DNA of 64,000 nucleotides from Chiloscyllium plagiosum (lineage: Eukaryota), in the NCBI RefSeq assembly GCF_004010195.1, contig NC_057719.1, positions 77,036,702 through 77,100,701 of the forward strand, read 5' to 3'. The notes under the pieces were generated by a model. That model saw only the letters and a list, made by a program, of their open reading frames with translations. It ran no database searches and was not told the origin of the DNA. Positions within the stretch are counted from its first letter, which is position 1. Every line of letters starts with the position of its first letter. This document shows positions 1 through 13,084 of the stretch, one piece after another. The translations under genes were made by a program, and so were the position numbers.

Positions 1-457
1 ACCTACCGTCCATTGTAAGGTCTGAAGTGAAGTGGTCTGCTGATGATTAAATAATAACATGGTTTGTGACTGCTCAGATTGCAGTGTCTCTGTCTGGTCC
101 CACTACGTCATACGTCTTTCATAAATTAAAATGTTTCACCCAGTTACCAAATCGTCAGTTCTATAGGTTCGTTTTAAAAGCAAAAAAAAATTAATTTATT
201 ATAAAATAGTATTTATTTGGTGAAGGTGCCAAGCAAGTTAATACACGTTTGAAAATAGGAAAAGTGTAGCTTTTTATCCTTCTAAATAAAATACATACAG
301 ACACACCAGATAGCAGGCAAGAAGTAAAGATTTTATCTGTGGGGATTAAGTTTTAGGAAAACACATTTTAGTTAATAATGGTTAATTATTGAAGGAGAAA
401 AAGATTTGGAATGAAGTATTCAAAATGGCTTTCAGTCCATGTTCTTGCACACGTAAG

Positions 458-2192
458 TAGAACATAAACAGTACAGCACAGTACAGGCCCTTTGGCCCTC
501 TGTTCTACTGGCCTTTTATCCTACTTTAAAATCAGTCTAACATACATATCCTTCATTGTACTATCTTCCACTTGCCTATCCGAGAGCCTCGTAAATATCC
601 CTAATGTGTCTGACTCTACTACAACTGCCGGCAATGCATTCCTTGTACCCATCACTCTGTGTAAAAAAAAAAAACCTACCTCTGACATCTCCCCTAAATC
701 TTCCTCCAACTACCTTAAAATTATGTTCCCTCGTGATAGACATTGCTGCCATGAGGAAAGGTCTTTGGCTATCCACTCTCATTATCTTGTACAACTCTAT
801 CAAGTCACCTATCATCCTCCTTCGATCCAATGAGAAAAGCCCTAGTTCCCTCAACTTTTCTTTATAAGACATGCCCTCCATTCCAGGTAGCATCCTGGTA
901 AATCTCCTCTGCCCCCTTTCTGAAGCTTCCACATCTTTACTAAAATAAGCTGACCAGAACTGAACACAGCATTGCAAATGTGGTCTAACCAGGAGGCCTA
1001 CAGAGCTGCAGCATAACTCTTAACTCGGGGCTCTTAACTCAATCCTTCGCTAATGAAACCCACACACCATATTCCTCCTTAACATACCTGTTAACCTGGG
1101 TGGCAACTTTGAGGGATCTTTGACCATGGATCCCAAGGTCTCTCTATTCTGCCACACTGTGAAGAATTCTGCCTTTAACCCTGTATTCTGCATTCAAATT
1201 TGACCTTCCAAAGTGAATGACTTCATGCTTTTCAGGTTGAACTCCATCTGCCACATATCAGCCCAGTTCTGCATCCTGTCAATGTCTCATTGCAACCAAC
1301 AGCAACCCTCAGCGCTACGCACAACTCCACCAATCTTCGTGTCAACGGCAAGCTTACTAACTCACCCTTTCACTTCCTCATCCAAGTGATTTACAAAAAT
1401 CACAAAGATCAGAGGTCCCAGAACCAATCCCTGCAGAACACCACTGATCTCAGAGTTCCAGGCTGATTACTGTATATCTACCATCATCCTGTGTTCTGTG
1501 GGCTAGTCAATTCTGTATCCAGACAGACCAGTTCCCTGTATGCCGTGCTTCCTTATTTTTTGAATGAGCCTACCTTATCAAACATCTTGCTAAAATCCAT
1601 GTGCACCACATGTACTGCTCTGTCTTCATCAACATATTTTGTCACATCCTCTCAAAATTCAGTAGGGTTTGTGAGGCATGACCTGCCTCTCACAAAGCCA
1701 AGCTGACTATTTCTAATCAGATTATGGTTTTCCAAGTAATCATAAATACTGTCTCTCAGATTCTTCTTCAATACTTTGCCCACCACTGACATAACACTGA
1801 CTGGTCTGTAATTCACTGGATTATCCCTATTTCCTTTCTTGAACAAGGAAATAACATTTGCCACTCTGCAATCATCTGGCACGACTCGAGCAGACAGTGA
1901 GGAAGCAAAGATCATCGCCAAAGGTGCAGTAATCTCTTCCCGTCTTGTCCAGAGGATTTATCTAACCTTAATGTTTTTCAAACTTTTCAGCACATCTTCC
2001 TTCCTAACATCAACCTGTTCTAGAATACCAGTCTGTTTCACACTGTCCTCAGAAACGTCAAGGTCCCTGTCAGTAGTGAATACTGAAGCAAAGTATTCAT
2101 TAAGGACCTCCCCGACTTCCTCTGACTCCAGGCGCAAGTTCCCTCCATTATCTCTGATCGGCTGTACCCTCACTCTGGCCACCTGTTGTTCA
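458..2192 (-). mobile_element. CR1/HER1-type LINE, 5'-truncated and decayed ORF2 plus 3' end
   Basis: Minus-strand remnants CVQFWS...QRRFTRMLPGMEGMSYKEKLRELGLFSL, ANVISLFKKGNRDNPVNYRPVSVMSVVGK and EVLNEYFASVFT are typical of CR1 ORF2. Confidence 0.9.
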
Positions 2193-2325
2193 AGGAGAAA
2201 GTGAGGTCTGCAGATGCTGGAGATCAAAGTTGAAACTTTATTGCTGGAACAGCACAGCAGGTCAGGCAGCATCCAGGGAACAGGAGATTCGACGTTTCGG
2301 GCACAGGCCCTTCTTCAGGAATGAG
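2193..2325 (-). mobile_element. Short hammerhead-bearing PLE-like element, family A
   Basis: 11-bp TSD cctgttgttca (2182-2192 and 2326-2336). Same sequence family as 15104, 20597, 34077, 43485 and 59370. Confidence 0.85.
2287..2322 (-). ncRNA. Minimal type I hammerhead ribozyme (family A)
   Basis: Reverse complement reads AUUC-CUGAAGA-A-GGGC(CUGU)GCCC-GAAA-CGUC|GAAU: complete core, 4-bp stem II, 4-bp stem I and GUC cleavage triplet. Confidence 0.8.
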
Positions 2326-2798
2326 CCTGTTGTTCACACTCATTGCAGGTCAATGTCATTGGGATCCTGAAAGCAAGGAAATGTCGATGATGATTCTTTC
2401 AGTGGATTTCATTATCTCTGATCGGCTGTACCCTCACTCTGGCCACCTGTTGTTCACACTCATTGCAGGTCATTGTCATTGGGATCCTGAAAGCAAGGAA
2501 ATGTCGATGATGATTCTTTCAGTGGATTTGCAGGAGAGTAGCTAGATCAAGGTTTCAGTTACCATGCTGGATCCTCAAAGGCACCTGATGGGCTGGTTAA
2601 CTTCTCCATCTGAGTAGGCTGCACTCCATTTGAATGCCATACAATATCCAAAATAAAGCCATAAGTCCCAGCATTTATTGTAAATCCTACACTTTACTGA
2701 AGATATGGGCCTTACAATAAATCGAAGAGCTCCAACTGTCTATTTAGCTTAAACCATATGATAAACTGATAAGTTGTTTTGAAAAAAAAATGTGGTTT

Positions 2799-3022
2799 TG
2801 AAATAACTCCACAGAGGGTGGTATCCCGTCACCAAGTCATGCTGTATTTACACACGAACAGTCCTTGACGATAGTACTGCCTGTGCCAGATTCAGGTACC
2901 AGAGTTAGTATCTCTGAAACTTTTTTTTTTAAAATCCGTCAGCCAGAACTAGATTAACAGCCCCAATCAGGAAGCTCATATTCTATGATAACCAGCTGGC
3001 TGACCTGTTTATGCTCACTGCA
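2799..3022 (-). mobile_element. Probable solo LTR (~220 bp)
   Basis: Starts TGAAATAA and ends CA; homologous to 34848-35067 and 48669-48894. Confidence 0.55.
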
Positions 3023-4569
3023 GTCGTTCTGTTCTTTTAGTGACCCCATTTCTTAAGATAAAGGACATGTTCAGGTGTCCAAAAGCCCTGTTATCCATAA
3101 ATGCACAAAAAATGTCACTCACTTGAATTTTCTGTTGAATCAATAATTGTTCCTGAACATAATATAACAGTTGTGTATAGGGATCCTGTGGCTATCAGAC
3201 ACTTAGAGAATTTTCCAGGCAAGGAGACCTGTGCTCATAATCTAGTCTTATACTCCAGGTATTTTGTTTTGACGATTCTGCACCCATCTCCTCCAGTATA
3301 TTTTCCAAAAGGTCCAGTACCTACAATTGAATTCAATATTCCAAGTGGAATGGCTCCACAATTTTATACCATTTAATTCTTTTCGCCCTTTTGTATTCCA
3401 ATTCCTTGAGACAAAGGTTGATATTAAAGTAGCCTCTTTGGTTATTTTTACTCCTATCCACTAGCTTTTATTTGTTGAAGTATTTGGACCACTAAATCTA
3501 TGTGTTCCATCACAGATTTTAGTTTTCACTATTAGTTTAGAAAATAATTGTGTCTGTCTGAAGTGGATGACCTCATTCTCGAAGTCCATCTTCTGCAGTT
3601 TTACCCATCTCTCGGTGCCTGTTTGTAACTTTGTTTCGTTTTTTTTAACTTAATTTTGTTACATCAGTAAATTTGGCTATTATACACTCTATTCCTTTTT
3701 TGTTTTGAAAACATTTAGAATTATAGTGAACCACTGAGGTGCCAGTACAGATTTATCAGGTGTATCAATAGTAAAATTTGTCAATTTGAGTATGCTCTTA
3801 TGAACCCAGCTGATGTATTACTGGCAAATCAGATCTGAGACTGAAATCTGGCTTGATTGATTGATTGTAATTTGTTTTTATAACAAAGTGGTCTCTCACT
3901 GAAAGATAAACACACAATGTTGAAGATTTTGTTTTAACAATAAATTAGAAATTTATTAACAGAAGAAATGAAGATAAATAGAATAAACCAAGCCATCTAC
4001 TTACAACACAAAATCAAATATTTTAAACAAAAAGTGAAAGTATAATCCCATTCATCACAAAACACACTTTTTTGTAAGTTGAAAAGATAAACCGCAACTT
4101 TTGTATACTACCCATAAACAGACCTTGCAAAGTATCCAAAAATACTACCTGTATAGAACTTTTACCAGGGTTCTTCTTTCTAAAACCTTGATAGGTTTAA
4201 GTCCCTTTAACTTACAGCCCTGAAACAATAGAAATCTTCTTCCTGGTGCTTCAAAGTTATCCCAACAGTGATGAAGAGTCACCACCGGACTTGACAACCC
4301 TGCTTTCTTCCCACAGATGCTGCCTGATCTGTTGAGTTTTGCCAGAAATTTCTGTTTTCACTTCTGGTCTGGGACTAACACTCACTATTAACTCTAAATT
4401 AATCTAGTTTCCCTAATATGCTTACCTTCGAAGCACTGATCAATACAAAAATCTTAACCAAAGTACTCCTCAGGACTGCTGAAAACTCTTACAGTCAAAC
4501 TGGGAAAAATCTCTTGTGCTTGTGCTCTCTGTGTAAGCTATGGGTGTTTCTCACAAGCCTGAAAATTTC

Positions 4570-5440
4570 TCTAGTGTGAATGATTCTTGCCACATGTCAA
4601 CCCAGAACCTGGATGTTGTCCAGGTCTTGCTGCATTTGGACATGGACTGCTGAAGTCACAAGTTATGCTAGATAAGGGCAATCATCAAGAAATATCCAAA
4701 CATCTAACCTTACATTTGAGAGAAGATCATTTGTGCGGTAGCTAAAGATTATTTATGTCTAGGACACTACTGTGAGGAACGCCTGCAGAGATGTACTGGA
4801 GCTGAGAAGACTGACCACCAACAACCACAACCACTCTAACCATCTGAAAGATTCCCCATGATTCCCATTAACTTTGAGAAAGTTCATTGATGCTACCCAT
4901 TGTCCAATGTGGCTTCGATGTCAAGGGCAATCATTCTCATCTTACCTCTGGAATTCAACTCTCTTGTCCATGTTTAAACTAAGGCTATAATGAGGTCAGT
5001 AGCTGATTGGCGCAGGAGGAACCCAAACTGGGCATCAGTGACCAGGTTATTGCTGATCAAGTACTACTTGATAACACCTTCCAATATTTACTGGTGATTG
5101 AGACTAGGCTGAAGGAGTAGTAATTGGCCACGTTGGCAATATACAACTTTTAGTGTACAGAACATTTTTAGTATAGTTAGGTAGATGCCAATGTTCTAAT
5201 TGTATTGGAATATCATGACTAGTGGCAAGTTCTGGAGAATAATTCTTTAGGGTTTTTACCAGAATGTTGTCAGAACCTGTGGCCTTTGCATTATCCATTA
5301 CTTCCAGCCATTTCTTTATATTATGTGGAGTGGAGTGAATTGAATTGACTGAAGTCAGGCAACTTTAATGATGGGGATTGCTAGAGTAGGCCAAGATGGA
5401 TCTACACGTGGCACATCTGGTTGAACATTGTTGTAAAATG
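4570..5440 (-). mobile_element. Decayed LINE fragment (second CR1-like family)
   Basis: Minus-strand MDNAKATGSDNILVKTLKNYSPELA (KAxGPDxI-like RT N-terminus). Similar to the reverse complement of 19849-20300 and to 36190-36920. Confidence 0.65.
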
Positions 5441-7301
5441 TTTGTCAAACAGAAAACAGAGTCCAAAACGTGTTGGAAGAAACCATTAGCAGAATCAAAT
5501 ACCTCATAGTATTTTCATAGCCAGGTTTTACAGCAATAAGGTCCATAACATTGTGTCTTATCTCTAAAACATTTTGCCTCATCTTCAAAGACTTTATGTT
5601 AAGAGCAAGTAAACCACAGTACACATTAAATTGTTGATTTCATTTTGGAAAACCACATAGTAAAAACTTTCTTCAATCCACAAAATGTCCAAAAAGTTAA
5701 TTACGTTACAGTTTTTCACAATGTCCTTAAATATAAATAGTATTCCTAATGCATTCCATTGAACTGTTTAATTAAACCATGAACTGCATCTCAATTCCAT
5801 TTACTGTAGAATGGGGTATATAGTTCAACCCAAGGTATAAAATGACCCCAGTATTTGGCACTAGAAATCATGCTTTTGTATATATCTGGTCTGTAAGTCA
5901 ACCTCTGTTTTGCAAAGGTATGTAGACTAGCATTAATAGTTGGCCTCTTTTTTTTTCAGTCCAGAAATGCGTGTTTTACACGCATGTGGATTGTGGATTG
6001 GTCTATATGATTAAGCAACCAACATGCATAGTACACATAGAGGAAAAGTACAAGGAATTTAAAGATTACCTGGTAAATGGGAATGTGGAATTTGAAAGGC
6101 TAATTATTTAACCGTGATCTCATTGAATAGCAGGATAGGCTCGAGGAGCTGAATGGTTTAGTTCTGCTCCTAATTCAAAAGAGTTCAAGATATGCCATAC
6201 AAAGCAGACTACACATGCCATGGTGAGTATGAGAGAAACAGATCTCCCAGGAAAGCTAAAAGTCATTGCCTTTGCGAACTTGTCAAATTTGAGAGAATTT
6301 GGTGTTATTGAAAAGCCAGCTGAAAAAAGAAACCAAACTGAAGAAGGTACTCAAGAACAAATGTACCAAGAGAAAAAGGGATCAGCCATTGGCCTTATCC
6401 TGTAGACATGTATTGGAATAACTCCACGGAGATTGTCTGAATGATTACATTGAGATTGGATATGTAATCGTGCACTTAAGCAGGCTAAATCAGACCCTGA
6501 GTTCAGCAAAGATTTCAGATGAACCGCTAATTGGTGTTTGAGCATTAACAGAGTCAAGACATTTGTCAGGCCTGCTGTGTTTCTCCATCTGTTTTTGTTT
6601 CCAGCATCCCCAGTATTTTCCTTTTATTAGTTTGGCGATGTCGCTACTTTGTCAGATGAAATAATCGAGTATTGCAGCAGAAGACCAAGATTGCTCTGAT
6701 GATCAGGAAAAAAACCTCACTGTCAAAATTAGCAATTTCAATTGATGATTCTTCAGTGGTCAAAACACATGGACACATTATGTCAAATCAGCAACATGTG
6801 AGAAAAGACCATTTAATTTTGATGTGTCCAGCAATGAACTATTCCCTGGAAATGGTCAAAAACAGTTCTCTGCAAAGTGACATTACACGAGAAAGTGAGG
6901 TTCTTGTGGTATGAGCTTGCATGACCGATGGAGGAAAATTAAAGCTATGATTTTTGAGCGTTAAAACCATTGTCATTGATCAGGTTTTCTGAAGAGGTTT
7001 TTGTGCATAAGCATTATGATGGTCGTAGGGTAGATTGATAATGTGTGGAATAGGTGAGAATGCAGCTTTTTAGAATGGGGCATGTTTAGGTCCCAATAAT
7101 GTAGGCACACAAATGATATCCATATTGCTGTTATAGTGAGGGGAGGGAATAATAAATGTTAGACAGAGTGAATACCTTCACAAAATGTGGAAACATGCAG
7201 GCTGCACCATTTATTTTGAGTTTCATTATCAAATCATGGGATTCTGTTAGTGCACCAAAAGTCATCAGAACATAGAAAAAAATCGGAATAGTCAGTTCAT
7301 T

Positions 7302-8160
7302 AGACTTAGAAGTGCTGATGTTGGACTGGAATGGACAAAGTTAAAAATCTCACAACACCAGGTTATTGTCCATCAGGTTTATTTGGAAGCAGTAGCTTTC
7401 AAAGCACCGCTCCTTCATCAGATGGTTGTGGAGGTTAAGAATATGCTCACAGAATTTATAGCCAAAGGAGTCCAGTGTCACTGACATGTGATACAGTAAA
7501 CAATCTTAGATTAAAACTTTCATTTTTTTTTATATACCGCACACTCGCGAGCGCGCACACCCACATACACTCACACCCACTAGACCCTCCCTCTCACACA
7601 AGCTGTCTCTCATATGCACGCACATACGCTCCCTGCACTCTCACCAACACACACATCCTCTAACACATACCCCTTCACATTCGCACACACACTTAACCAA
7701 GCTTACGCCCACACTCTATCACGTGCACTCACATATACACTCAGCCTGTTGCTCTTACATGTGCACACATATAAGCTTATGGGGTGAATTTGCTTTTGCT
7801 CAAAAACTACATGAATCCATTTAAAATTCTTCAAAACTAAACAGACGGTTTATCAGTCTGACATAGCATTGGGACACAGACAGACTTCACACCTATTGTT
7901 TAAAAATCTGAACTAATTTGAGAATGTAATTTAAAAGCCGTTTTGGGATTTACATATCAAAGAACAGAAACCAGCATATACCATTATAAAAGATGAAACT
8001 TTTAATCTGAGAGTGTTTACTGTATCACATCTCCATGAGACTGGATTCCTTTGGTTATAAATTCTGTGAGCAAATCTTCATCTCCACAATCACCTGATAA
8101 AGGAGCGGTGCTTCCAAATAAACCTGTTGGACGATAACCTGGTGTGGTGTGATTTTTAAC
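7302..8160. mobile_element. PLE family B insertion with inverted terminal arms
   Basis: Left arm ...aaagttaaaaatctcacaacaccaggtta... is the reverse complement of right arm ...taacctggtgtggtgtgatttttaac. Flanking duplication tcagttcatt (7292-7301 and 8161-8170). The internal CA-rich tract is the reverse complement of the TG-rich tract in the 8238-9498 copy. Confidence 0.8.
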
Positions 8161-8237
8161 TCAGTTCATTGGATTTAGAGTATGACAATTAATTGTGGTG
8201 GGATAATCTGAATGCAAAAGCGTCATGACTGATCAAG

Positions 8238-9498
8238 ATTTGGAGATGTCGGTGTTGGACGGGGGTGTACAAAGTTAAAAATCACACAACACCAGGTTAT
8301 GGTCCAACAGGTTTAATTGGAAGCACACTAGCTTTCGGAGCGTCGCTCCTTCATCAGGTGGTAGTGGAGGGCTCAATCCTAACACACAGAATGTATAGCA
8401 AAAATTTACAGTGTGATGTAACTGAAATTATACATTTGAAAAATTGATTGTCTGTTAAGCCTTTCATCTGTTAGAATACCGTGATAGTTTCACTTCTTTC
8501 ATGTGTAAATCACAAAACCTTTTTTTTAAAAAGTTGCATTCTCGGGTTAGCTGTTAACAATGGTGATAGCTAGACAATATGTTGAAGGTGTTGGCCCCCT
8601 GTGTTCTCTGTCTATGCCATGATATTTAGATTGATTTTAATCTATAAAGTGAGTAACTGAGCTATACATGAATTCATGCAGTTTTTGAGCAAAGTATAAT
8701 GTAACCCTGCAAGTACAAATTCAGCCCACAAAATATGTGTGCATGTGGGTCTTTGTCTGTCTGGGTTGGGGGTTGTGAGTGTATGTGTGTAGTGAGCGTA
8801 GAGTGTCTTAAGTCTGTGAGGGAGTGGACGTGTAAGGGTGTGTGTGGGTGTCTGTGCGCGTCTGTGTATATGTGTGTCTGTGTGTGTGTGTGTGTGTATA
8901 GTGCCATGGTGGTCACCTGTAATGTGACATGAACCCAAGGTCCCGGTTGAGGCCCTCCCTATGGGTAACAAACTTAGCTATCAGCCTCTGCTCAGCCATT
9001 TTTCTCTGCTGCCTGTCCCGAAGTCCATCTTGGAGGATGGTCACCCGAAGGTCCGAGGACAAATGTCCTGGACCACTGAAGTGTTCCCCAACTGGGAGGG
9101 GACGCTCCTGTCTGTTGATTGTTGTGTGGTGCCCATTCATCCGTTGTCGTAGCCTTTGCTCGGTTTCCCCAATGTACCATGCCTCCGGGCATCCTTGCCT
9201 GCAACGTATAAGATAGGCAATGTTGGCTGAGTCACATGAGTACCTGCCATGTATAAGGTGGGAAACCTAATGGTGGTACCTACGTCCACACTCTGACATG
9301 TCTTGCAGCGCCTACCGTGACAGGGTTGTATGGAGTTGTCCTGAGAGCCAGGCAGCTTGCTACGGACAACGTTCCGTTTGAGGTTTGGCGGTTGTTTAAA
9401 GGCAAGTAGTGGAGATGTGGGGAAGGTCTTGGTGAGGTGCTTATCCTCATTGATAATGTGTTGCAGGTCACGAAGGACATGGCGTAATTTTTCAGCTC
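8238..9498 (-). mobile_element. Penelope-like retroelement (Neptune-type) 3' fragment with GIY-YIG endonuclease remnant and hammerhead-bearing terminal repeat, family B
   Basis: Minus-strand translation QPCHGRRCKTCQ (Cys cluster) ... YSCDSANIAYLIRCRQGCPEAWYIGETEQRLRQRMNGHH...VGEHFSGPGH...EQRLIAKFVTHREGLNRDLG. 9-bp TSD ctgatcaag (8229-8237 and 9499-9507). Confidence 0.9.
8326..8360 (-). ncRNA. Minimal hammerhead ribozyme (family B)
   Basis: Reverse complement reads CAC-CUGAUGA-A-GGAGC(GAC)GCUCC-GAAA-GCUA|GUG. Confidence 0.8.
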
Positions 9499-11115
9499 CT
9501 GATCAAGTTTGGGTTTCCATAAAGCTTCCACAGTCAAGCAGGCCCAGAATGAATTCTGGGAAATCTATTTATTGGTTTCTGAAGACTAAGAATCTCATGA
9601 AGTTGTGATTAAAGGTTCATTCAATTAACTCTGCCACAGAAATTTACTTTTATTTTCACAATTTAAAAATGGCAGCCAGCAGCCCCACATTAGCTGTTAA
9701 AATTTTTCTGTCACCAAATAAGTTGAACCCGATTTTTGGAAGGATGTTTGAAGGTTGACATATTCTGGGATCTAAAGTATCCATAGTGTTCTTTTCAAGG
9801 TTATCATCGATTTGTGTTAGAATACCTTGTATTCTAGAGTTTTCAAGCTTTAATGCGCCTCTATCCACATAATTTTTTTAAAAAATTAAGAAAGGATTAT
9901 TAATTCTGTCAACTCAAGGGTATCCTTTATTTATTTAATGTTATTAATAAGTTTTAAGTTCCGGGCAGCTTCCAGCATGGAGTGCATAGAATCGTTTGGC
10001 GATGCTTATGGTGAGGCATTTCACAATGACAGTCACTAGAGAGTGCAAGTTAGACTGCTATCTTCAATCACCATACATCTCAGAGCCGTAAAATGAGGAT
10101 CAGTAAATCGTATCAGAACTTCTTATGGAATCCCATATTGCTGCACGTGAAACAGCATGAAGTTGCCATGATTTTATGATAATTCCATAATGGAAAGCTA
10201 TTGAATGTGCCTGTTTGTTTGAATTGACACATTAAAATCTTATTACTGCAAAACAATTTCTGCAGCATAGAAAATTAACTTCTGTAAATATCTTGTCTCA
10301 TTTCTTCAGATTTTCGTTTAGTTGAAAATTTAAAAGATGATGTTTGATTTAACATTTTTTGTTACTTTTACTCCTCGACCTTAATTCTCCCTTTCTTTAC
10401 CTCTTTTTATTTTACTTTGTGCATGATTTGATGTTGAATGAAATATTCCCACTGACTTGATCAAAGCTTGTTCATGCTTTGTATATTTCAGTAAGGATGC
10501 CTTGATGTCACTGGTTAAGGTGATAGAGAGTTGCTTTCCCAGATCCTCCGAAGAAGGCAATGCACTGAAACAAATATTTAGTGTCCATAAACCAATAATA
10601 AATGATTAATGCATTTGTTTTCAGATGTCTGCTAAATTTGGTCCATATTTATTTCAGATTGTGGAGACTGGTTAATTGTAGCAATGTATACAAGCTCTGT
10701 ATTTCCTTCAGAATTTTGATTCTGGTACTAAAAACTGAGCGCAAGTTCAGGAGGACACTGAATTATAGCACCATTTTAAAACCTTTTCAACTCCATATGC
10801 ATGGTTAAAACTCAAAAGTAATATTTTCATTCAAAATTAAATAATGAATTTACAGATCAACTTTCTTTTTGAAATCATTGGAATCCGTCCCTGAAATTGA
10901 AAAACGCATTACTTTGAATTTTTTTGTTTAAAATGTGCATTGACTGGAGTACTATACCATTTGTGACCCTCTAGGAAGTGTTGTCTTTTTAACATTTTGA
11001 TTAATGTTTAATGTTTAAACTGGCATATTTTGTTGTTAATAATTGGATATGAGGAAAGAAAGCTGGATTTTAAAGTTTGTACCTTTTTAATTAATTCTAA
11101 TCCTTTGTTGAACAG

Positions 11116-11155
11116 GTTATGCAGCCTCAAACTGGAGCAACATTGAGTATGAAAG
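11116..11155 (+). CDS. PCNX1: Candidate PCNX1 internal exon (40 bp, equivalent of human exon 4): VMQPQTGATLSMK-G
   Basis: Acceptor tcctttgttgaacAG and donor G|GTATGA. Starts in phase 0 and ends in phase 1; the final G joins GA of the next exon to give ...MK-G-DEETAK, paralleling recalled human ...TAATIK-G-DTDTAK. Sequence similarity itself is weak. Confidence 0.6.
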
Positions 11156-11799
11156 GTATGAGATCGCCTGTCTAATGAGTTGAAGATTTTAAATTTTCTG
11201 GTAGGGTTCAATGTGCCTGAATTGTACTGAAGTAATGTGTGATAATTTGCTTATGTAGTACTGTACTTTGCTCGTGAGTGGTCAAAATATAAGCATTTGA
11301 ATCCTCGATTTTTTTGATTTGGAGGGTTGCTTTGACCTCCTTGTCAAGATGTTATCAAAAGCTAGAAGTAGAAGTCAAATGCTTTCATATGTTAATCTTT
11401 ACTGCAACTAAAAGAAAAGCCTGTAAGGGGGTATAGTAACTGAGAGGCAGATTCTTCAACCCTGCTTAAATGTAATGCTACTCTACTGCCACAAAACCAG
11501 CACATTTAGGAACAGGCAGAAAATGAGTGTATACGATTGGTCTAATAAATCCCTTAAGGCACCTTGACATGAAAGCCTGCTTCCTGAATAGTGTTTTCAG
11601 TAGGAATGGAAAAACTTTGTGTGCAGGATTTTAACAAACGCCAGTCTGTTTGTATTTATTACTCTTTGGGAATTTTCTTTGGTAACCCTTCAGTTTACCA
11701 GTAGTTGTAATTTTTATTTCTTTAATTTTACAAAGATTGACTATTAATTGACCTTTCAATGGAGATTTACATTAATAAAATAACAAAATACCAATAAGT

Positions 11800-12010
11800 C
11801 ATAAGGTTCAGGTTTGCATCCTATTACAGAGTACAAATACGTAATGTAGGTTGCCATTTCAGTCCAATATGGGAACAAGTAGATCAAAAGTAGCATCTTT
11901 GTTTGAAAAACCAAGGCTTTCATTCGGGTGGATATTTAAAGATATTGGGGTATTATTTGAAATGGCATTGTCCCAATCTCTTTGATCTTTGTATTTGCAG
12001 GCACTCATGT
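11800..12010 (+). mobile_element. Highly decayed Deu-domain SINE
   Basis: Weak similarity to the better preserved copies at 30230-30890 and 59930-60170. Confidence 0.4.
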
Positions 12011-12779
12011 AATCTCAAACCACCCTCCTTTCAAAAAACTTTTAAGTGTTGACTCCACTTAATTCTGTGCTTAACTTGCCCATTAACACACTTTTATTTT
12101 AACAACTCCACAATATCAAAATGGCTCCATTCAATGTCATCTTCGATATAATTGTGACCATGATGTATTATCCCACTTGACTGTTCTCCACCTATTGACC
12201 TCATTCAGTTCACTGTTCTTCAATTGAGTAGGACTAACCTTACTTGATTCTACTTATTTTGATCATGGACAGATAACTCCAGCAATGATTTCCCTTCTTG
12301 TGCTGTCACTGTTTTTGTTTTTGTTAGACCTCTTGAGAACAATCTTTGACAAATATCTAGAAGTAAACAAGAATATTTATGTATGCTCCATAGCTTATGA
12401 AACTGTTTTATTGTTTTTATTTCCAAAGTTGATACATGTATTGCTGAAAGGTGATATTGGCAGTAAAGGTGAGATAAATCCGCTGTCTATTTTGGCACCA
12501 AACAGTAACATTTGGCCAGAAGAGGGGCAATCACATCTGTTTCACTGAAGACTGGAGGATAATACGGCTATGTGTCAAATTGTACACAAAGCTAATTTAC
12601 TGAGAGTTGGATGTCCTTACAGGTGCAAAAATAGGGGCACAAACATAAATTCCAGTATGCTGACAACAAGCCACGACTTGCAGAATCAGAAAGCCTTCTA
12701 CAAAATATCATACACCATCAGCAAAACAAAAGTTTAAAAGTCTAGAAGTTTTGAATTTAAATTGAGTATAAGTACTGAA

Positions 12780-13065
12780 AAGACAACCAGCAATGGAAGT
12801 TATAATGGAATGTATTAGGACAAGGGCATAGATACATGAATGAACACCATCAGTCCACAAGTTCCCGTCCAAGCTACTTCCACCATGACTCGGAAATATT
12901 TTGTTGTTCTTTCAGTGTCACTGGGTTAAAATCCTAGAACTCCCTCCCTCTTGGCATTGTGAGTCTACATGGACTGGAGAGTTCCACAAGGCGTTACCTT
13001 CTCAAGGGCAACCAGCCATGGGCAATAAATACTGGACTGGCCAGCAACACCCAATCCCATGAATT
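12780..13065 (+). mobile_element. 3' end of second CR1-like LINE family
   Basis: Ends ...ctcaagggcaac...gggcaataaatactgg...cccatgaatt, shared with 20850-21095, 52930-53140 (minus) and 61930-62050 (minus). Confidence 0.7.
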
Positions 13066-13084
13066 AATTTGAAAACAAACTTAA

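Larger units (their letters stand above)
2146..2529. repeat. 120-bp tandem duplication, first copy interrupted by the family A element
   Basis: 2146-2409 minus insert and TSD equals 2410-2529, with one mismatch (caatgtc vs cattgtc). Confidence 0.9.

Noticed and set aside
2146..2529. CRISPR-like repeat-spacer pattern (also 43365-43661)
   Set aside because: Only two long units, vertebrate intron context and no cas genes.
3810..4560. Possible long LTR-like repeat (also 60-430)
   Set aside because: No second copy or defined termini in the window.
8642..8971. His/Thr- or Cys/Val-rich ORFs
   Set aside because: Translations of the CA/TG tract within the PLE.
1..11000. Upstream PCNX1 exon (GGIEMSEFIREATPP-like) or promoter
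   Set aside because: No matching sequence or CpG island found by eye; presumably upstream of the window.
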